From the human T2T-CHM13v2.0 reference genome, Homo sapiens, in NCBI RefSeq assembly GCF_009914755.1, contig NC_060931.1: 64,000 nucleotides of DNA, one strand, 5' to 3'. Below the pieces are notes generated by a model that was not told the DNA's origin, made no database searches, and saw only the letters and a program-made list of their open reading frames with translations. This document shows, piece after piece, positions 13,640-29,480 of the stretch. The stretch's first letter is position 1, and each line of letters opens with the position of its first letter. A program made the position numbers and the translations under genes.

Positions 13640-14020
13640 TGGCAATTAGGATGGAAGAAGTAGAAGAAAGCAAGTAAACTACTGATACATGCAATAACAT
13701 GGATGAACCGCAAAATCTTATTATGCAAAAGGAGCGTGATGCAAAATGTGCATTCTTTATGACTCCATGTATATGAAGTCCAAGAACTGCAAAACTCCTC
13801 GATTACGATGGAAACCAAAACTGTGGTTGCCTATGAACGGGGTGGGAATTGATAGAAATGAGACTTGAAGGGAATTTCTGGGTTGATGCAAATATCCTCT
13901 ATCTTAACTGAAGTGGTAGTTGATGCATGTATACAATTTATAAATACTCATCAAATTACATACTTACTATGCCAACTCATGGTATGGAAATTTTATCTCA
14001 ATTTCAGAAACAAAACAAAA
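13640..14020 (+). mobile_element. L1ME 3' region, continuing the element split by MST
   Basis: actgatacatgcaataacatggatgaac...aaactcctcgattacgatggaaacc. Confidence 0.7.
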
Positions 14021-14579
14021 AGTAACAAAGACTATATAGATGTCAGAATTTCCAGGAGTAGAGTGTGCATATTTTTAGTTCAGAGACTTCCCTAGGTAAG
14101 GATAATGCCCATGTCTAGTTAAGAATCACTACATTAGACTTAGCACCATGTTTGGCAGCTAAAGTTTAACATTCAAACAAATGACTGACACTGCGGTAGG
14201 TAGCACACGTTCAGACATGGCAGAACTGGGAGTCAAGGCCATGACGTCTCATGTCATATCCAGTGTGCTTCATTCCCTTATATATTATAGATCCTTTATA
14301 TAGTCAACCCAAGTTACTAAGCTCAAATATATAATATAGTTCAATTAGACCTAAGACACATAATCCGAATGACACATCATTGTTATATATATAACACCAA
14401 AAAAGAAAAGCTCTACCAAGGAAGCTATGACACAATGCATATGAGTTGAATTTTTATAATACCTAAGTACTACACTGTAGGTAACTGCCCTCCAGCTTCA
14501 GTCTTGGAGGATCCTAAATTATGGCTCTCCTTACTTGAAAGAGCTTACATATACTTGTTCTGCAGTTATGCATATATGT

Positions 14580-14581
<2 letters not shown>

Positions 14582-14614
<33 letters not shown>
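14582..14614. repeat. (CA)n microsatellite
   Basis: About 16 uninterrupted units. Confidence 0.95.
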
Positions 14615-14618
<4 letters not shown>

Positions 14619-14877
14619 AATTGAATAATTTCATCAAGAACATTTTCTATGACTTAATGCTTGAAAATGTACAGGTAAGAAAATACTGTTTCATTACTAG
14701 TTCAATGATACGGTCCTGCATCTACTATAAAATAATGTCAGAATTCTGACTACTCAAAATATGTAAACACATTCTACTGTCACATAAGTGCAGAGTCCTA
14801 CTCAGGTAACGCAAATGTAATATCTTTCAGCAATCATGAGCCTGCCAAAGTGCATCTTTAGTACGTCAACGGTCAGA

Positions 14878-15045
14878 GTGGTGTTCTGCAAACTTGCCTG
14901 GTGAGAATCACCTGGGGCACTAGTTTTAAAACCACAACTCTCAGGACCCTCCCCCGCTGGAGATGATGCGTTGTTCTGAGTCAGAGCCTTGGAATCACAT
15001 GCCATGTGTGAATCTTATTAGGCAAAACAGGGGAACACTATTCCA
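14878..15045. mobile_element. MER5-family hAT element
   Basis: gtgttctgcaaacttgcc...gagaatcacctggggcact. Confidence 0.6.
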
Positions 15046-15464
15046 GAATATGTGAACTCTCGGAATACATAATTACAGAAAACATTTCACCAATCATGAG
15101 AGTTGCACAAAGACCTTTCAAATTCATTACAAATAAAAAGCAGATTTTTATCTTTCCTGTGCCTGAAATTCTGTTACAAATCAAAACAGAGGAAGCCTGG
15201 GGACAGATATGCATATTCAGACTCTACTTGATGATTCTGAGGAATCTACAAAAGAAACCTAGGGAAAAAAAAAAAAGTCGAGCAATTTCACAGATTCTGT
15301 CGATAAACTTGCAACTAGGCACCACTTTAAAAACAATTCTGCTCTTTTCCTATTTTAAAAGCAACTTGTGTACTTAAAATACAAACATTTTATTCTAATC
15401 ATGAAAGCGAAACGTTTGTTCATTTAACATATTTAAAATCTATAAATTCTTCTAAGTGTTACAG

Positions 15465-15645
15465 TGTTGACTTGTCCAATAGAATGCCCCATGGTAATGG
15501 AGATGTTCAACATCCGTGCTAATACAGGCACCTCTAACCACATGTGGCCACTGAGCACTTAAGAGGACTTAAGATGACTAACTGCATTTCAACATTTATT
15601 TAATTTTAATTAATTTAAATGGCCACATGTGGCTTGTGGACACAG
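15465..15645. mobile_element. MER3 (hAT-Charlie)
   Basis: ttgtccaatagaa...ccacatgtggccactgagcactt...aaatggccacatgtggct. Confidence 0.75.
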
Positions 15646-16221
15646 GTCCAGAAAATAAAATGGTTACACACACATCTAAAAGTTTATTTTTGTTCATGAT
15701 CTGGGTTGAGAGCGTTTTGAGATCCAGGTGAGCTGAATTACCAATGGGATCGCATGACCAGCAGGCAATGCAAAATTATCAAAATCACCACAACTACCAA
15801 CAGCTTAAGATTTTTAAAAAATATAGTCTCTTCTTAATTTCCAAGAGTTACTTCTGATAATGACCTCTTAGAACTTTTTATTAGCTTTATTCTTTATAAT
15901 GTTTCGCTCTTTTAAACAATAGGAGAATTAGAATATCTAAATATCTAAAATATTAGTCCCATTCCTAACAGCAAAAACAAAGGGTACATTTCTTTTCCAC
16001 TCCAACTTCTGGGCTCTCCTTTTTTTTTTTAATTATTAAATTTGCAGCATATCTTTTCCTTTCCTTTTTTTAAAATCCATAACTCTTCTCTCAGGCTTCC
16101 TCCCTCCCTACTTAAAACTGCTCTTACCACTCACCTGTACCTTTTTTCTTTTTTTTTTGTTCTTTTCCTATACACATTTTACATTTATCCATCTCTTACC
16201 TAGCTTTATATACTGCTATCC

Positions 16222-16540
<319 letters not shown>

Positions 16541-16803
16541 ACTATCCTTACTTTTCATTTCCCCTCCTTCCCCTTTTTTTCCTGTGCCAGAAAATCTAAA
16601 GCTTATTTGCTCATTTAATGAGCCTATTATTACAAAAAGTCTTTTCAAAGGGGTTTAATCAATCTCAGAGCCTCCTTTTTTCCTTCTGCTTGAATAAGAA
16701 GACTTGGGTGTAAAGGTTGAGGAGGAGCACTCACCACTCACAACACTCATAACACCAGCCCCTTCATTGATAGGAGAGGTATGGTGATGAGGATGAGGAT
16801 GAA

Positions 16804-16849
16804 GATGAGGATGAGAACTATGTAAGGATGAGGATGAGAACTATGTAAG
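16804..16849. repeat. 23-bp tandem duplication
   Basis: gatgaggatgagaactatgtaag x2, following a (GATGAG)n tract. Confidence 0.9.
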
Positions 16850-17538
16850 GATATTAACTCCTCTCCTTCTTTGTTCACCTGTATAAGAAATGAAAGGTTA
16901 TCAACTGGCGTTAATGATCAAAAGAAAATGCAACAAAGAAAAGATGGCCAACTTTGTTTTGAAAAGTCCCTGCACCCAAGAAGGTATTTATCCAAATTAG
17001 ACACAAAAATCCATCAACAACTGGAAGATAATACAAGACAAAAGCAAAACCAAAGATCCCATTTCACAGCATCAACTATTCACACTTGTGGAAATTCTGA
17101 AAAGGGAAAGATACGCGTAGCTTGGAGTCATCAAGATGGATTTGACAGGAAAGGAAGAAAATATGCTGGACTTTGATGGAAAGGTAGACTATAGATCAAA
17201 AAGAGGACAGATTTATAAACTGAGGAGAGGGCAGGCAGAGCAGAGGCAAGAATGAGTATGACCCAAAACACAGAAAGGGCATTCAGGACAGCAGCCTAAA
17301 GGTTAATGTTGGTAAACAGAAAAAGATGTGGTTATGAAAGGGTCATCTTGAGGAATAAACTGAATATAAGAACAGAAATGTAAGTGGGATGAATTAAACA
17401 CTGTCTTTACTACAAAGATATGGTGAGAGGAAGGGCAATCTCTCAGAATGAGAGATCTGAGATTCCGAGAAATTGCCCTTCCTAACCACAACAGGAGGGA
17501 AAATGTAATCAGAAAAAAATCACTGAAGACACTTATAA

Positions 17539-17883
<345 letters not shown>

Positions 17884-19289
17884 TAAGTAAGTGGCAGCAA
17901 TGGAGATACACAGTTAAAAGTCAATTAAAGAGACATTTAAGGAATAAAAATCGATAAAGTTTGAAGATATATTTAAAAGGCGAGAAGGAAAAAAAGGAAG
18001 CATCAAGGATGACTTAATGTTTCCATCCTGAAAAGCAGAATGAAGGATTGGTGGCACACGTGATCACAACATCTAAAACACATAAAAATTCCATCTGTTT
18101 TCACATCTTTCTTGGGCAGCTGGCTTGATTCATGCATACCAAATGAGGCCCTCCAGCATTTTTCAATACAATAAGCTTAAGAATATTATGGTAATATTAA
18201 GTGCAACCACATAAAACAAACACTAGGAATATTTTTTCAATTATTTCCTTATTTATGGATTAAAATGACGTATCTCACATTTGCTTGCAAATACTCCAGT
18301 AGAAAAGGGTAATATCAAGCAAAATTGGCCATGAGTTAGCAAATGTTGAAGATGGAGGCTCATTAAACTATTCTCTCCATTTAAAAACAAAAACGTGCTC
18401 ACTGCTTTTATGTATTCACACAGATTTAACCATTCACTGAGCACTCCCTTCTAAGGAAAAAGATTGTGAACTCTGACAATGAAATCTGTAACTAATTTTT
18501 ACTAAAAAAAAAGGTAAGTCTAACACACTATACCATCATTAAACATAACTACAAAAAACATATTTAAAAACAAACTGAAAAACCCTACCTCATTCTACCC
18601 TGCCCTTCCATAAGCCTGTGTGCTTTACATGATGTCAAGAATAAACATAAAAAAATGATTCAAATGCTATGTTTTTTAAAAGGTATTCATAGAATAATAT
18701 CAAGACATACCAAAGCAAACGATGTTGTAGTCAAGCAGTACATAAAATGCACAGTACTTTGGGTAAAATATATTTATGAAAGTTTACACCTTGGGCAAGC
18801 TGTAAATATTCTCTAAATATTAACTGATATTTTAACATTTATTAGTGGATATTAACTAACTGAATAAATATTAACCGATGTTTTAAATATTAACTAAATA
18901 TTTTACCGTTGGTCATTGCATCCTAATAAAAATGTGACATATAACTGACTGCACGAACATCAAATATTATTAATCTTAAACTGTAGTTCATCTTAAACTT
19001 TAGTTAAGACTCAGTAAATTATCTTTAATAAAGTGTAAATGGTTAACTGAGTCCCTGAGATAATCTAAAACATAAGAGACCCTTAAGACATTTGTTTTCC
19101 TGGAACTGTTTTGGGATGCAGAGCATACGTTTAAGCTCTTAGGGATGCTGAATGTGTTGAATCCCAAGCGCAAACCACTGCTGCAAATTTAAGCACTAAG
19201 ATCCAAATCAAAGCCTGAAAAAATGTTTTGTCACATTACAAACAACAATATAACTAGATAAAAGTTTACAGTCTGTTTTCCCTAGTAAG

Positions 19290-19574
19290 ATGTGTGTGTG
19301 TGTGTGTGTGTGTGTGTTTTGTTTGTTTGTTTTTGAGATGGAGTTTCACTCTTTTTGCCCAGGCTGGAGTGCAATGGCACAATCTCAGCTCACTGCAACT
19401 GAGTAGCTGGGATTACAGTCGCGCGCCACCACACCTGGCTAATTTTTTTTTTTTAAGTAGAGACAGGGTTTCACCACGCTGGCCAGGCTGGTGAAAACTC
19501 CCAACCTCAGGTGATCCACCCACCTCAGCCTCCCAAAGTGTTGGGATTACAGGTGTGAGCCACTGCGCCCGGCC
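19290..19574 (-). mobile_element. AluS with (TG)n tail and an internal right-arm deletion
   Basis: TSD ccctagtaag; junction cactgcaac|tgagtagctggg. Confidence 0.9.
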
Positions 19575-19744
19575 CCTAGTAAGTTTTTTTTTTTTTAAAG
19601 TTTTGTGAAACACTAACAGTGTTTGAAAGAGGGCATTTTCCAAAACAAATTACTATATTATATGTTGTAATCATTAACTTTTCATATGATAAAAGGAGAT
19701 GAATCACTAATGACTTAATAGAAAGTTTAATTGAGCAGATACGT

Positions 19745-19975
19745 ATAAATTAGGGGTTAAGCCCACTCTGCCACTGGCTGTGTTACCTTGAGCACATGTG
19801 ACTTGCTATGTGATCTTGAGCAAATCATTAATCTCAACTTCCTCATCTGTTACATGAAGATAATAAGAGCACCTGCTTCTCAGGGTAAGAGTTAAATGAG
19901 TCAATCTATGAAAAGGTCTCAGCACAGTGACTGACACATAGTAAACATGATAAATTGTTAACTATCATTGTCACT
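19745..19975. mobile_element. MIR
   Basis: gtgatcttgagcaaatcattaatctcaacttcctcatctgttacatgaagataata. Confidence 0.75.
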
Positions 19976-20571
19976 GCCACCATCAACACCATCATCATCA
20001 TTAAACATCTGAAATGCTACTATATCTACAATATGAATCCATTTTAGTAAATAAGATCACATGCCTATGCACACAAAACTAGAAAGAAATGGTCCAAGGT
20101 GTTAGCAGAGGATATTTCTGGATAATATAATTATAGACATTATTATTATTTCCCCTGGGTGCTTCTTTTTTATTGTTTTGTCGAAGTTCTTAACTGCATT
20201 TGCAATTTTGATAAAATTGTTTTTAAATTTGTGTTTTTCTTTCGGTTTTGCTCTTAAGAAAGAACAAACGTAATACTGAATCAAGTTAAGGAAATAATCT
20301 AATTATAGTCCTTAAACATAAGAAGGAGGATAAGTTCATGGGACCATAGGTATATGACATTTATGAAATTCCTTAAGATGCTGAAAAGATAGAAACTGTA
20401 CATTGTTCTTAATAATAACAATTCTAATAATGGCTACCATTTATCAAGTAATTACAACCTTCCAGTTTAGATATTATTTTATCCTCACAGTAATCTAATA
20501 AGATATTTTTGTTGTTTCTATTTATAACTTAAGAAAACAGAGACTCCATAGTAAAAAACTGGTAGGCATGT

Positions 20572-20572
<1 letters not shown>

Positions 20573-20607
<35 letters not shown>

Positions 20608-20620
20608 TCTCTCTCTCTCT
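20573..20620. repeat. Compound (CA)n/(TC)n microsatellite
   Basis: Seen directly. Confidence 0.9.
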
Positions 20621-20908
20621 TTCACTTAAATTTTCAATGGGGATGTGGTGCTATTCTCTAAATGTCTAAAAGGTTTCATTATAAAAACTCTCATACCACT
20701 TAACTTCTTTTTTAAGTGTTAACTTTTTAAATATTTATTTCCATTATAAACTCAAATTTTATACCAAGCTATACACCAATGTGTACAAATCCCACTAGGA
20801 TTGCAGCAGTGATAACTACATCTTCTTTATAATAACACTTAAAAACATAATAAAATCTTTTGATCCCAGAATAACAGTCTTGTTCAAATGATTAAAAATC
20901 ACATATCA

Positions 20909-21216
20909 GGCAAGGCGCAGTGGCTCACGCCTGTAATCCCAGCACTTTGGGAGGCTGAGGCAGGCAGATCACCTGAGGTCGGGAGTTCACAACCAGCCTG
21001 ACCAATATGGAGAAACCCCATCTCTACTAAAAATACAAAATTAGCCGGGCGTGGTGGCACATGCCTGTAATCCCAGCTACTCGGAAGGCTGAGGCAGGAG
21101 AATTGCTTGAACCTGGGAGGCGGAGGTTGCACCATTGCACTCCAGCCTGGGCAACAAGAGCAAAACTCCGTCTCAAAAACAAAACAAAACAAAACAAAAA
21201 CAAACAAACAAAAAAA
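20909..21216 (+). mobile_element. AluSp-like, with a short internal deletion
   Basis: Sp-type ctgaccaatatggagaaacc and gggcaacaagagc. Deletion at gaggttgca|ccattgc. TSD aaaaat(c/g)acatatca. Confidence 0.9.
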
Positions 21217-21323
21217 TGACATATCAAGGACATTCGGCATTAACACGCTTCCAGGATGCCAAGAGTGGCCCCTTCAGAAGGATGATGGAGAGACAACTGT
21301 CCACAGTCTGTTGAAGCATAAAG

Positions 21324-22325
21324 TGTGGGTGGAAAGCCACCCAGGCGCCAAGGCAAGAGACAGAGGACATGAGCTGTTCCAGTATAATAAAATATAAAAC
21401 AAGAATAGTTATACCAGATATAGATCTTAGATATGATTATATATGCATATCATTAATCATTAGTTTGTAGCAATTACTTTTTATTCCAATATTATAATAA
21501 TCCTTGCTCTATAATCATAGCCAAGGAACCAGGCCATACAGAGATAGGAGCTGAGGGGACATAGTAAGGTGTGACCAGAAGACAAGAGTGCGAGCCTTCT
21601 GTTATGCCCGGACAGGGCCACCAGAGGGCTCCTTGGTCTAGCGGTGACGCCAGCGTCTGGGAAGACGCCCGTTGCCAGGCGGACTGTGGTCTAGCAGTAG
21701 CGAAAAGTGTCAAGGAACAACACCCGCTACTTAGCAGACCAGGAAAGGGAGTCTCCCTTTCCCCAGGGGAGTTCAGAGAAGATTCTGCTCCTCTACCTCT
21801 TGTGGAGGGCCTGACGTCAGTCAGGTTTGCCCGCAGTTATCTGGAGGCCTAACCGTCTCCCTGTGATGCTGTGCTTCAGTGGTCACACTCCTAGTCCGCC
21901 TTCATGTTCCATCCTGTACACCTGGCTCTGCCTTCCAGATAGCAGTAGTAAATTAGTGAAAGTACTAATAGTCCCTGATATGCAGAAATAATAGCATAAG
22001 CTGTCTTTCTCTCTGTCTCCTCTCCCTCTCTGCCTCGGCTGCCAGGCAGGGAAGGGCCCCCTGTCCAGTGGACACCTGACCCACGTGACCTTACCTATCA
22101 CTGGAGATGACTCACACTCTTTACCCTGCCCCTTTTGCCTTGTATCCAATAAATAACAGTGCAGCCAGACATTCGGGGCCACTACCGGTCTCCGTGCATT
22201 GGTGGTAGTGGTCCCCTGGGCCCAGCTGCCTTTTCTTTTATCTCTGTCTTGTGTCTCTATTTCTACACTCTCTCGTCGCCGCACACAGGGAGAGACCCAC
22301 CGACCCTGTGGGGCTGGTCCCTACA
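21324..22325 (+). mobile_element. Solo LTR13 (HERV-K class), 1002 bp
   Basis: TG...CA ends (tgtgggtggaaagccacccaggcgcc...ggggctggtccctaca). TSD taaag on both sides. AATAAA at 22148-22153. Many CpGs retained. Confidence 0.9.
21616..21632 (+). promoter_or_regulatory. CTCF motif in LTR13
   Basis: ggccaccagagggctcc closely matches the CTCF core CCASYAGRKGGCRS. Confidence 0.7.
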
Positions 22326-22545
22326 TAAAGCATGTTTCATTATATCCTATTTTGGCCAAAAGACATGCCTCATTAGCATGACATTCCAATTGCAGAATAT
22401 TTTACTCCAATTGTCAAAGGGGAAATGATCATAATTTTATCTATATAAAAAATCATTTAAAAGTTTTAAGCCAAGAATAATTGTTCAAACCTCATATAAT
22501 TGAAAAAAAATTCTAGTTGTGCTGCATTTTTTATTCCTGATTTCA

Positions 22546-22846
22546 GGCCTGCCACAGTGGCTCACACCTGTAACGCCAGCAATGGGAGGCTGAAGCAGGA
22601 GGATCACTTGAAGACAGGAGGTGGAGACCAACCTGGGCCACAAAGCAAGACTCCATCGCTACAAAAATTAAAATTTAAAAATTAGCCACACATATTGGTG
22701 CACACCAGTTGTAGGTCCTAGCTACTTGGGAGGCTACAGCGTGAGGATCACTTGAGCCTAGGAGTTCAAAGCCATGCTGAACCATGATCACACCACTGCC
22801 CTCCAGCCTGAGCAAGAGCATGACCTGGTCTCTGAAATAAATAAAT
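22546..22846 (+). mobile_element. AluJ
   Basis: Diverged dimer with J-type ggatcacttgagcctaggagttc. Confidence 0.88.
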
Positions 22847-24741
22847 ACACATATACATAAATATCCCATAAAAGTTACTAGCAGAGTAATGTGTAATTCC
22901 CTAATGTTAAATAACAGAACAATTCAATTTGGCCACCTCTCACTTTTATCACTCTATACAGGCAACATAAGGAAAGTGGCTAACAAATAGCAAAATTAGA
23001 GGCATAATGGAATTCTGTATATTTACTTTGGATTGATTCCATTTCCAATGTATATATTAAAATTCTCACTTCTTTAAAAATGATCTTTCCCTCCAAACAG
23101 TCGTCTGGCTTACAGTGATATCAGTTCATGAACTAAACAAAATAAAGGAGCTATGGGCTCATTCCATCCAAACTGGTTAAAATATGTCATTGGGCCATTT
23201 TAAAACTTCCTTGTAATCAAAGGGTCGTTACTGACTTGCCTACTACGTAGGGAAGAAATAATCTAAGGAATAGCAAAGGAGGGATTAGCAAGAATCCTCG
23301 CTATTTACATGCACTGGAACAGATCAGCGGAGGGTGCAGCAGAGCAGTAAGGAGGCCTGGCAGCCAGAGGAGCTCCATTTGTATGTTTCCTGTCCTGGAA
23401 ACTCCCAGAGGATTTCTTATCTATGATTTCACTTGAGGAAAAGAATTTTGCTGGTAAAACAAAATTAAAGCACTGTAAAATGTTTTTGAATATATGCAAA
23501 CATGTTTATATATGTATTATATTAATATACACATATGTATTTGCATATCTAATCCCCAAAACACACATGTGAAATGAAGCTGGACAGAGCTCCAATAAAC
23601 ACACTAGAAGGAACAAGCCTTACCTGCCAGGGTCTGAATTAGGCTAGAGATATTTCCATTTTAACTCCAGCACTTCATTAAAAAACATTAAACAGTCTCT
23701 GTACAGCATCAGTCAGTGTCTCTTACTCTTGTCAAACTGTTAGTTACAGGGAATTGGAAGGATAAAATAAACAACCCTTCCCAATCCTATTCATCAAGCT
23801 TGAATAATAAAATGTCATTATTGAATCATCATTATTCTGAACCAAATGTGATATAACCATAAAACACAACATGGAAGGAGTAAAAATGCACATTTTTTTC
23901 CTAAACTTGTTAAGGATGACCATTAAACTCCACTTTCCTCTGACAAGCGTGATTTAGATGGCAGCCAAAAATGCATGAAAATAAATTGTCTATTCTATCT
24001 CTTCCTTCTCTTCATGCTGTCTTTATTTATGGTGGTCGTAACTCTGCAACCCATAAAGAGTGGTAGTGAATACTGTGCAAAGGCAGCAAAGTCAACATTA
24101 ACTAATAAAGGCAGGTTTTATCAGAGGATAACAAAGTTACTAGCAAACCTTAGGTTACTGAGAAAAATAACACATAAATCTACTGTAAGACTTCAAATAT
24201 GAATGTGTGTGCTGACTACTAAATTTACCTATTATATATTTTTAAATAGATGATTGAATGAGCAAAGATAATATGTATAATTCATTTTAAATGTCATTAA
24301 TTAGATGTCCAAATCATTACGTTTAATATATGTCTATTTAGAAGGAGATACACTGAGTGATTTTTAGAGGCAAGGCTATCAAGCTGACTTTTGAAAACTA
24401 CGCAGATAATCAAAACTAATTTAGTCTTAAAAAAAATTAAACTTAAATGATTCTTTCTGCATATTGAATTATCAATATATTCCAAAAATTATGTATCATG
24501 GATCATTCAATTCCTTATAAAATTATTTTCTCTCGATGAATATTTCTTTCAAAAATTTTCTGCTAAAATAAAGTTATATTTTAAATGATTTGTATGCTAT
24601 AGCTGAACATTATATAAAACCTAAAAAAAGTTACCAAAAACATTGAAGATTTTTCCTAAATAAGAACATTGCCTTTTGTGTGGTTCATTATTTCTATGGG
24701 AACAAATAGTGTTAATTTTCAAATTAGGATCTCTTTACCCC

Positions 24742-25168
24742 CATACAAAAATCAATCACATTTCTATCTACCAATAATGAACATGTGGAAAAAAAATTTT
24801 AAAAACAATGTCATTTATGATCACTTTAAAGAAAAAGAATACTTAGGCAAAAACATTAAAATATATGTACTATATTTTTTAAATATCATTTTATGGTATT
24901 TAAAATACCATCGTTCATCAGCATTTTGGTAATTTTTACCATATATTATTTAAAATACTATTTTAAACACCATTTTTTAAAAATATATGGTAAAAATTAC
25001 CAAAATGCTGAGTCATGTTAGATACAAATTTTAATAGTAATATTTATATACTGTTTACACAGAGCTTATCTAAACATTGAAAATTACACATTAAAAACTC
25101 GGTACTTTTAAAAATATATGGTAAAAGCTACCAAAATGCTGATGAAAGAAATCAAAAAAGACCTAAAA
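24742..25168 (+). mobile_element. Old L1M ORF2 fragment with internal rearrangement
   Basis: atacaaaaatcaatcacatttctatctacc...aatacttagg...caaaatgctgatgaaagaaatcaaaaaagacctaaa. Confidence 0.75.
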
Positions 25169-25574
25169 AACAGTAATTTTTCAGCAACGCCTAGTTTTTA
25201 ATGTTCAAGTAAACTTTGTAAAAACAGTATATAAATATTACTATTAAAATTTACATCTAACATGACTATTCTCTTGAGCAGCCATATTCAGTGGCATGAA
25301 GCCTGGTGTAACAAATGTCCCACGTATAAATTGAATTGTTCAGTACTTCACACTTCCGGTATTGCTAAGACTTCCATTTTCTTCATTACAAATTGATACT
25401 ACTTCTTAGTCAAATAAATTTTGTCTAAGCCAAAGGTAAACCATAGGAACAACATTAGGCAATTTCTAAAGTCTGTTATTTTCCTGAAGAAACATTTTGG
25501 ATAGCTAACAAGTTCCTAGTTATCTTCCCTTTGTATTAATTATGCAACAAAAAGTCACTTATTGGTGAATCTAA

Positions 25575-25880
<306 letters not shown>

Positions 25881-27067
25881 TAAAAGTTATATTATTAATA
25901 AAAGGTTATGTATTTCCCAACTACAAGAGTGATGTTTTTGAAAACCATAGTAGTAAAAGTATCTTCAGTTAAAGAAAACAAAAGCTAATGGACAAAATAG
26001 GGTTGGCGACAAAGTCATAAAATAAAAATCACATCAGCCCTCAAGGCTGATGTGATTTTTATGTTTTATTGTATACAAAGGCAAAACACATAGATAATGA
26101 AATTATAGTTTACCAATTTTAATGGGTCAGAACAGGATCCCAACTTGAACTACCGTAAGCAAAGCAGGTGAATTTATTTATAAAAGTCCTTGTTAGCATC
26201 ATGGCTTTCTGCAGGTTCTGCCCCTGTCACTCCAAGCCAGAACACGTCTGCAAGGGAAACTGAAATTTCTTTCATATTTCCTAAACAATGCCAGAAAAGC
26301 ACTTTACCTGGCTAGTTCCAGTTTAAAAATAAAATCCAAAGAACACAGATAGGACTGAGTCATGTGTCCATCCCTGAGCCAATCTCAGTGGCCAGGGGGA
26401 CCATCGACCTGGACACAGCTCAGGGAATCCACCACTGCAGCCAATGTCTGGGCTATGATGACTGGCAGCTTCCACTAGAACTACATGGTTAGAATGAGAG
26501 AGGAGAGGTATTTTTGCCAACAAAGGGGGAGTACTGAGCCAACAAAAAGAATAGCTATCTACATCACTGAGTAATAACAAGCATGTTCTTTTTATATTTT
26601 AACAATCTGAAAATAGGATATGTCTCAAAAACATTTGTTGGCCCGATGACAATCATGATATAGTGTCATTATCCATATATGCAAAAACTGGGTGACGTAT
26701 CTGGGCCAGGAAACTTTTCAACATTTCAATCAATAAGCCGTTTGAGAACCATCTTAGGAAGGTAAATGAATATTCATATTTCACTGAATCCTTTCCATTG
26801 ACTCATATGGTAAGATTATGAAAACAATAGCATTGAAACATGCATCTTTGATGACAGCAGCTTGAAGAAAGATCTGGAAGTCAACACTCTATCATTCGTT
26901 TAAAAATGCTTCATCGCCAGTGTTATTAGTGGCACAGAAGACAATATTATGTTGAAAAACATGAACATCAACAACTCTCTTGCAAAGTGATTCAGAAGAG
27001 TTACACAATAAATGCAAAGTTTTAAAAAATATCCTTCACCATTTTTTTCACTTATATCTTTAAGAGT

Positions 27068-27843
<776 letters not shown>

Positions 27844-28569
27844 TTATATGTACACACACACATATATATGAATATACATATATAAGAAAAACTTGCTTAT
27901 TAAACTATATGTATATACATATATATTTACATATATAAAATAGTTTATATGTATATACATATATATATATTTACATACATATAAAAGTTTAATAAGCAAG
28001 TTTTTCTTTCCTGTGGTACATAAAATACTCATGCATCATAAAACTGATAGAGTCTCTTAGACTCAATAAAATGCAGCAATTAATTTCCATTTACAATCTA
28101 TTGCTTTGTTGTTTTTTCCATTGAGTTTAAAACAGAAATATATACTCTTTCTCCATTCTGCACTTTCTTTCTTGCTGCCCCCCACCTAGCATGCATTCTC
28201 TAAATCCTCCTGGAAGCCTTCCCTGATCTCCCTCAGGCAAATTATATACCTCGCCTCTGTGTGCCACTGTATGCAGGACTTATCTATGTCATAAATAAGT
28301 GTTATCCATATGTTTATTGAAATAATAATTGAATACTATATTAAGCATTTCTGAATGTCATTTTTCTCAAATAAATTGGAGATTCAGAGCAACACAGAAG
28401 ATTGCAATATAAAAAGGTTTACCAACCATTAGACAAAAAACAGTAGTGAGAAAAGCTTTTTTATAGTTATCAAATATGTATTTCTCAAAACCTTATTATA
28501 GTTCTGCCTATAACCAAAGGAGATGTCTACAGTCAATTCTGTTTTTATACATATCAGCTCCCACTCTTT

Positions 28570-29480
<911 letters not shown>

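Noticed and set aside
21492-22428. ORFs in the CpG-rich block, suggesting a CpG-island gene
   Set aside because: The block is fully explained by the solo LTR13 with TSDs.
23617-23660. Strong minus-strand donor CAG|gtaagg
   Set aside because: No convincing pyrimidine-rich acceptor lies upstream, and isolated donors are common.
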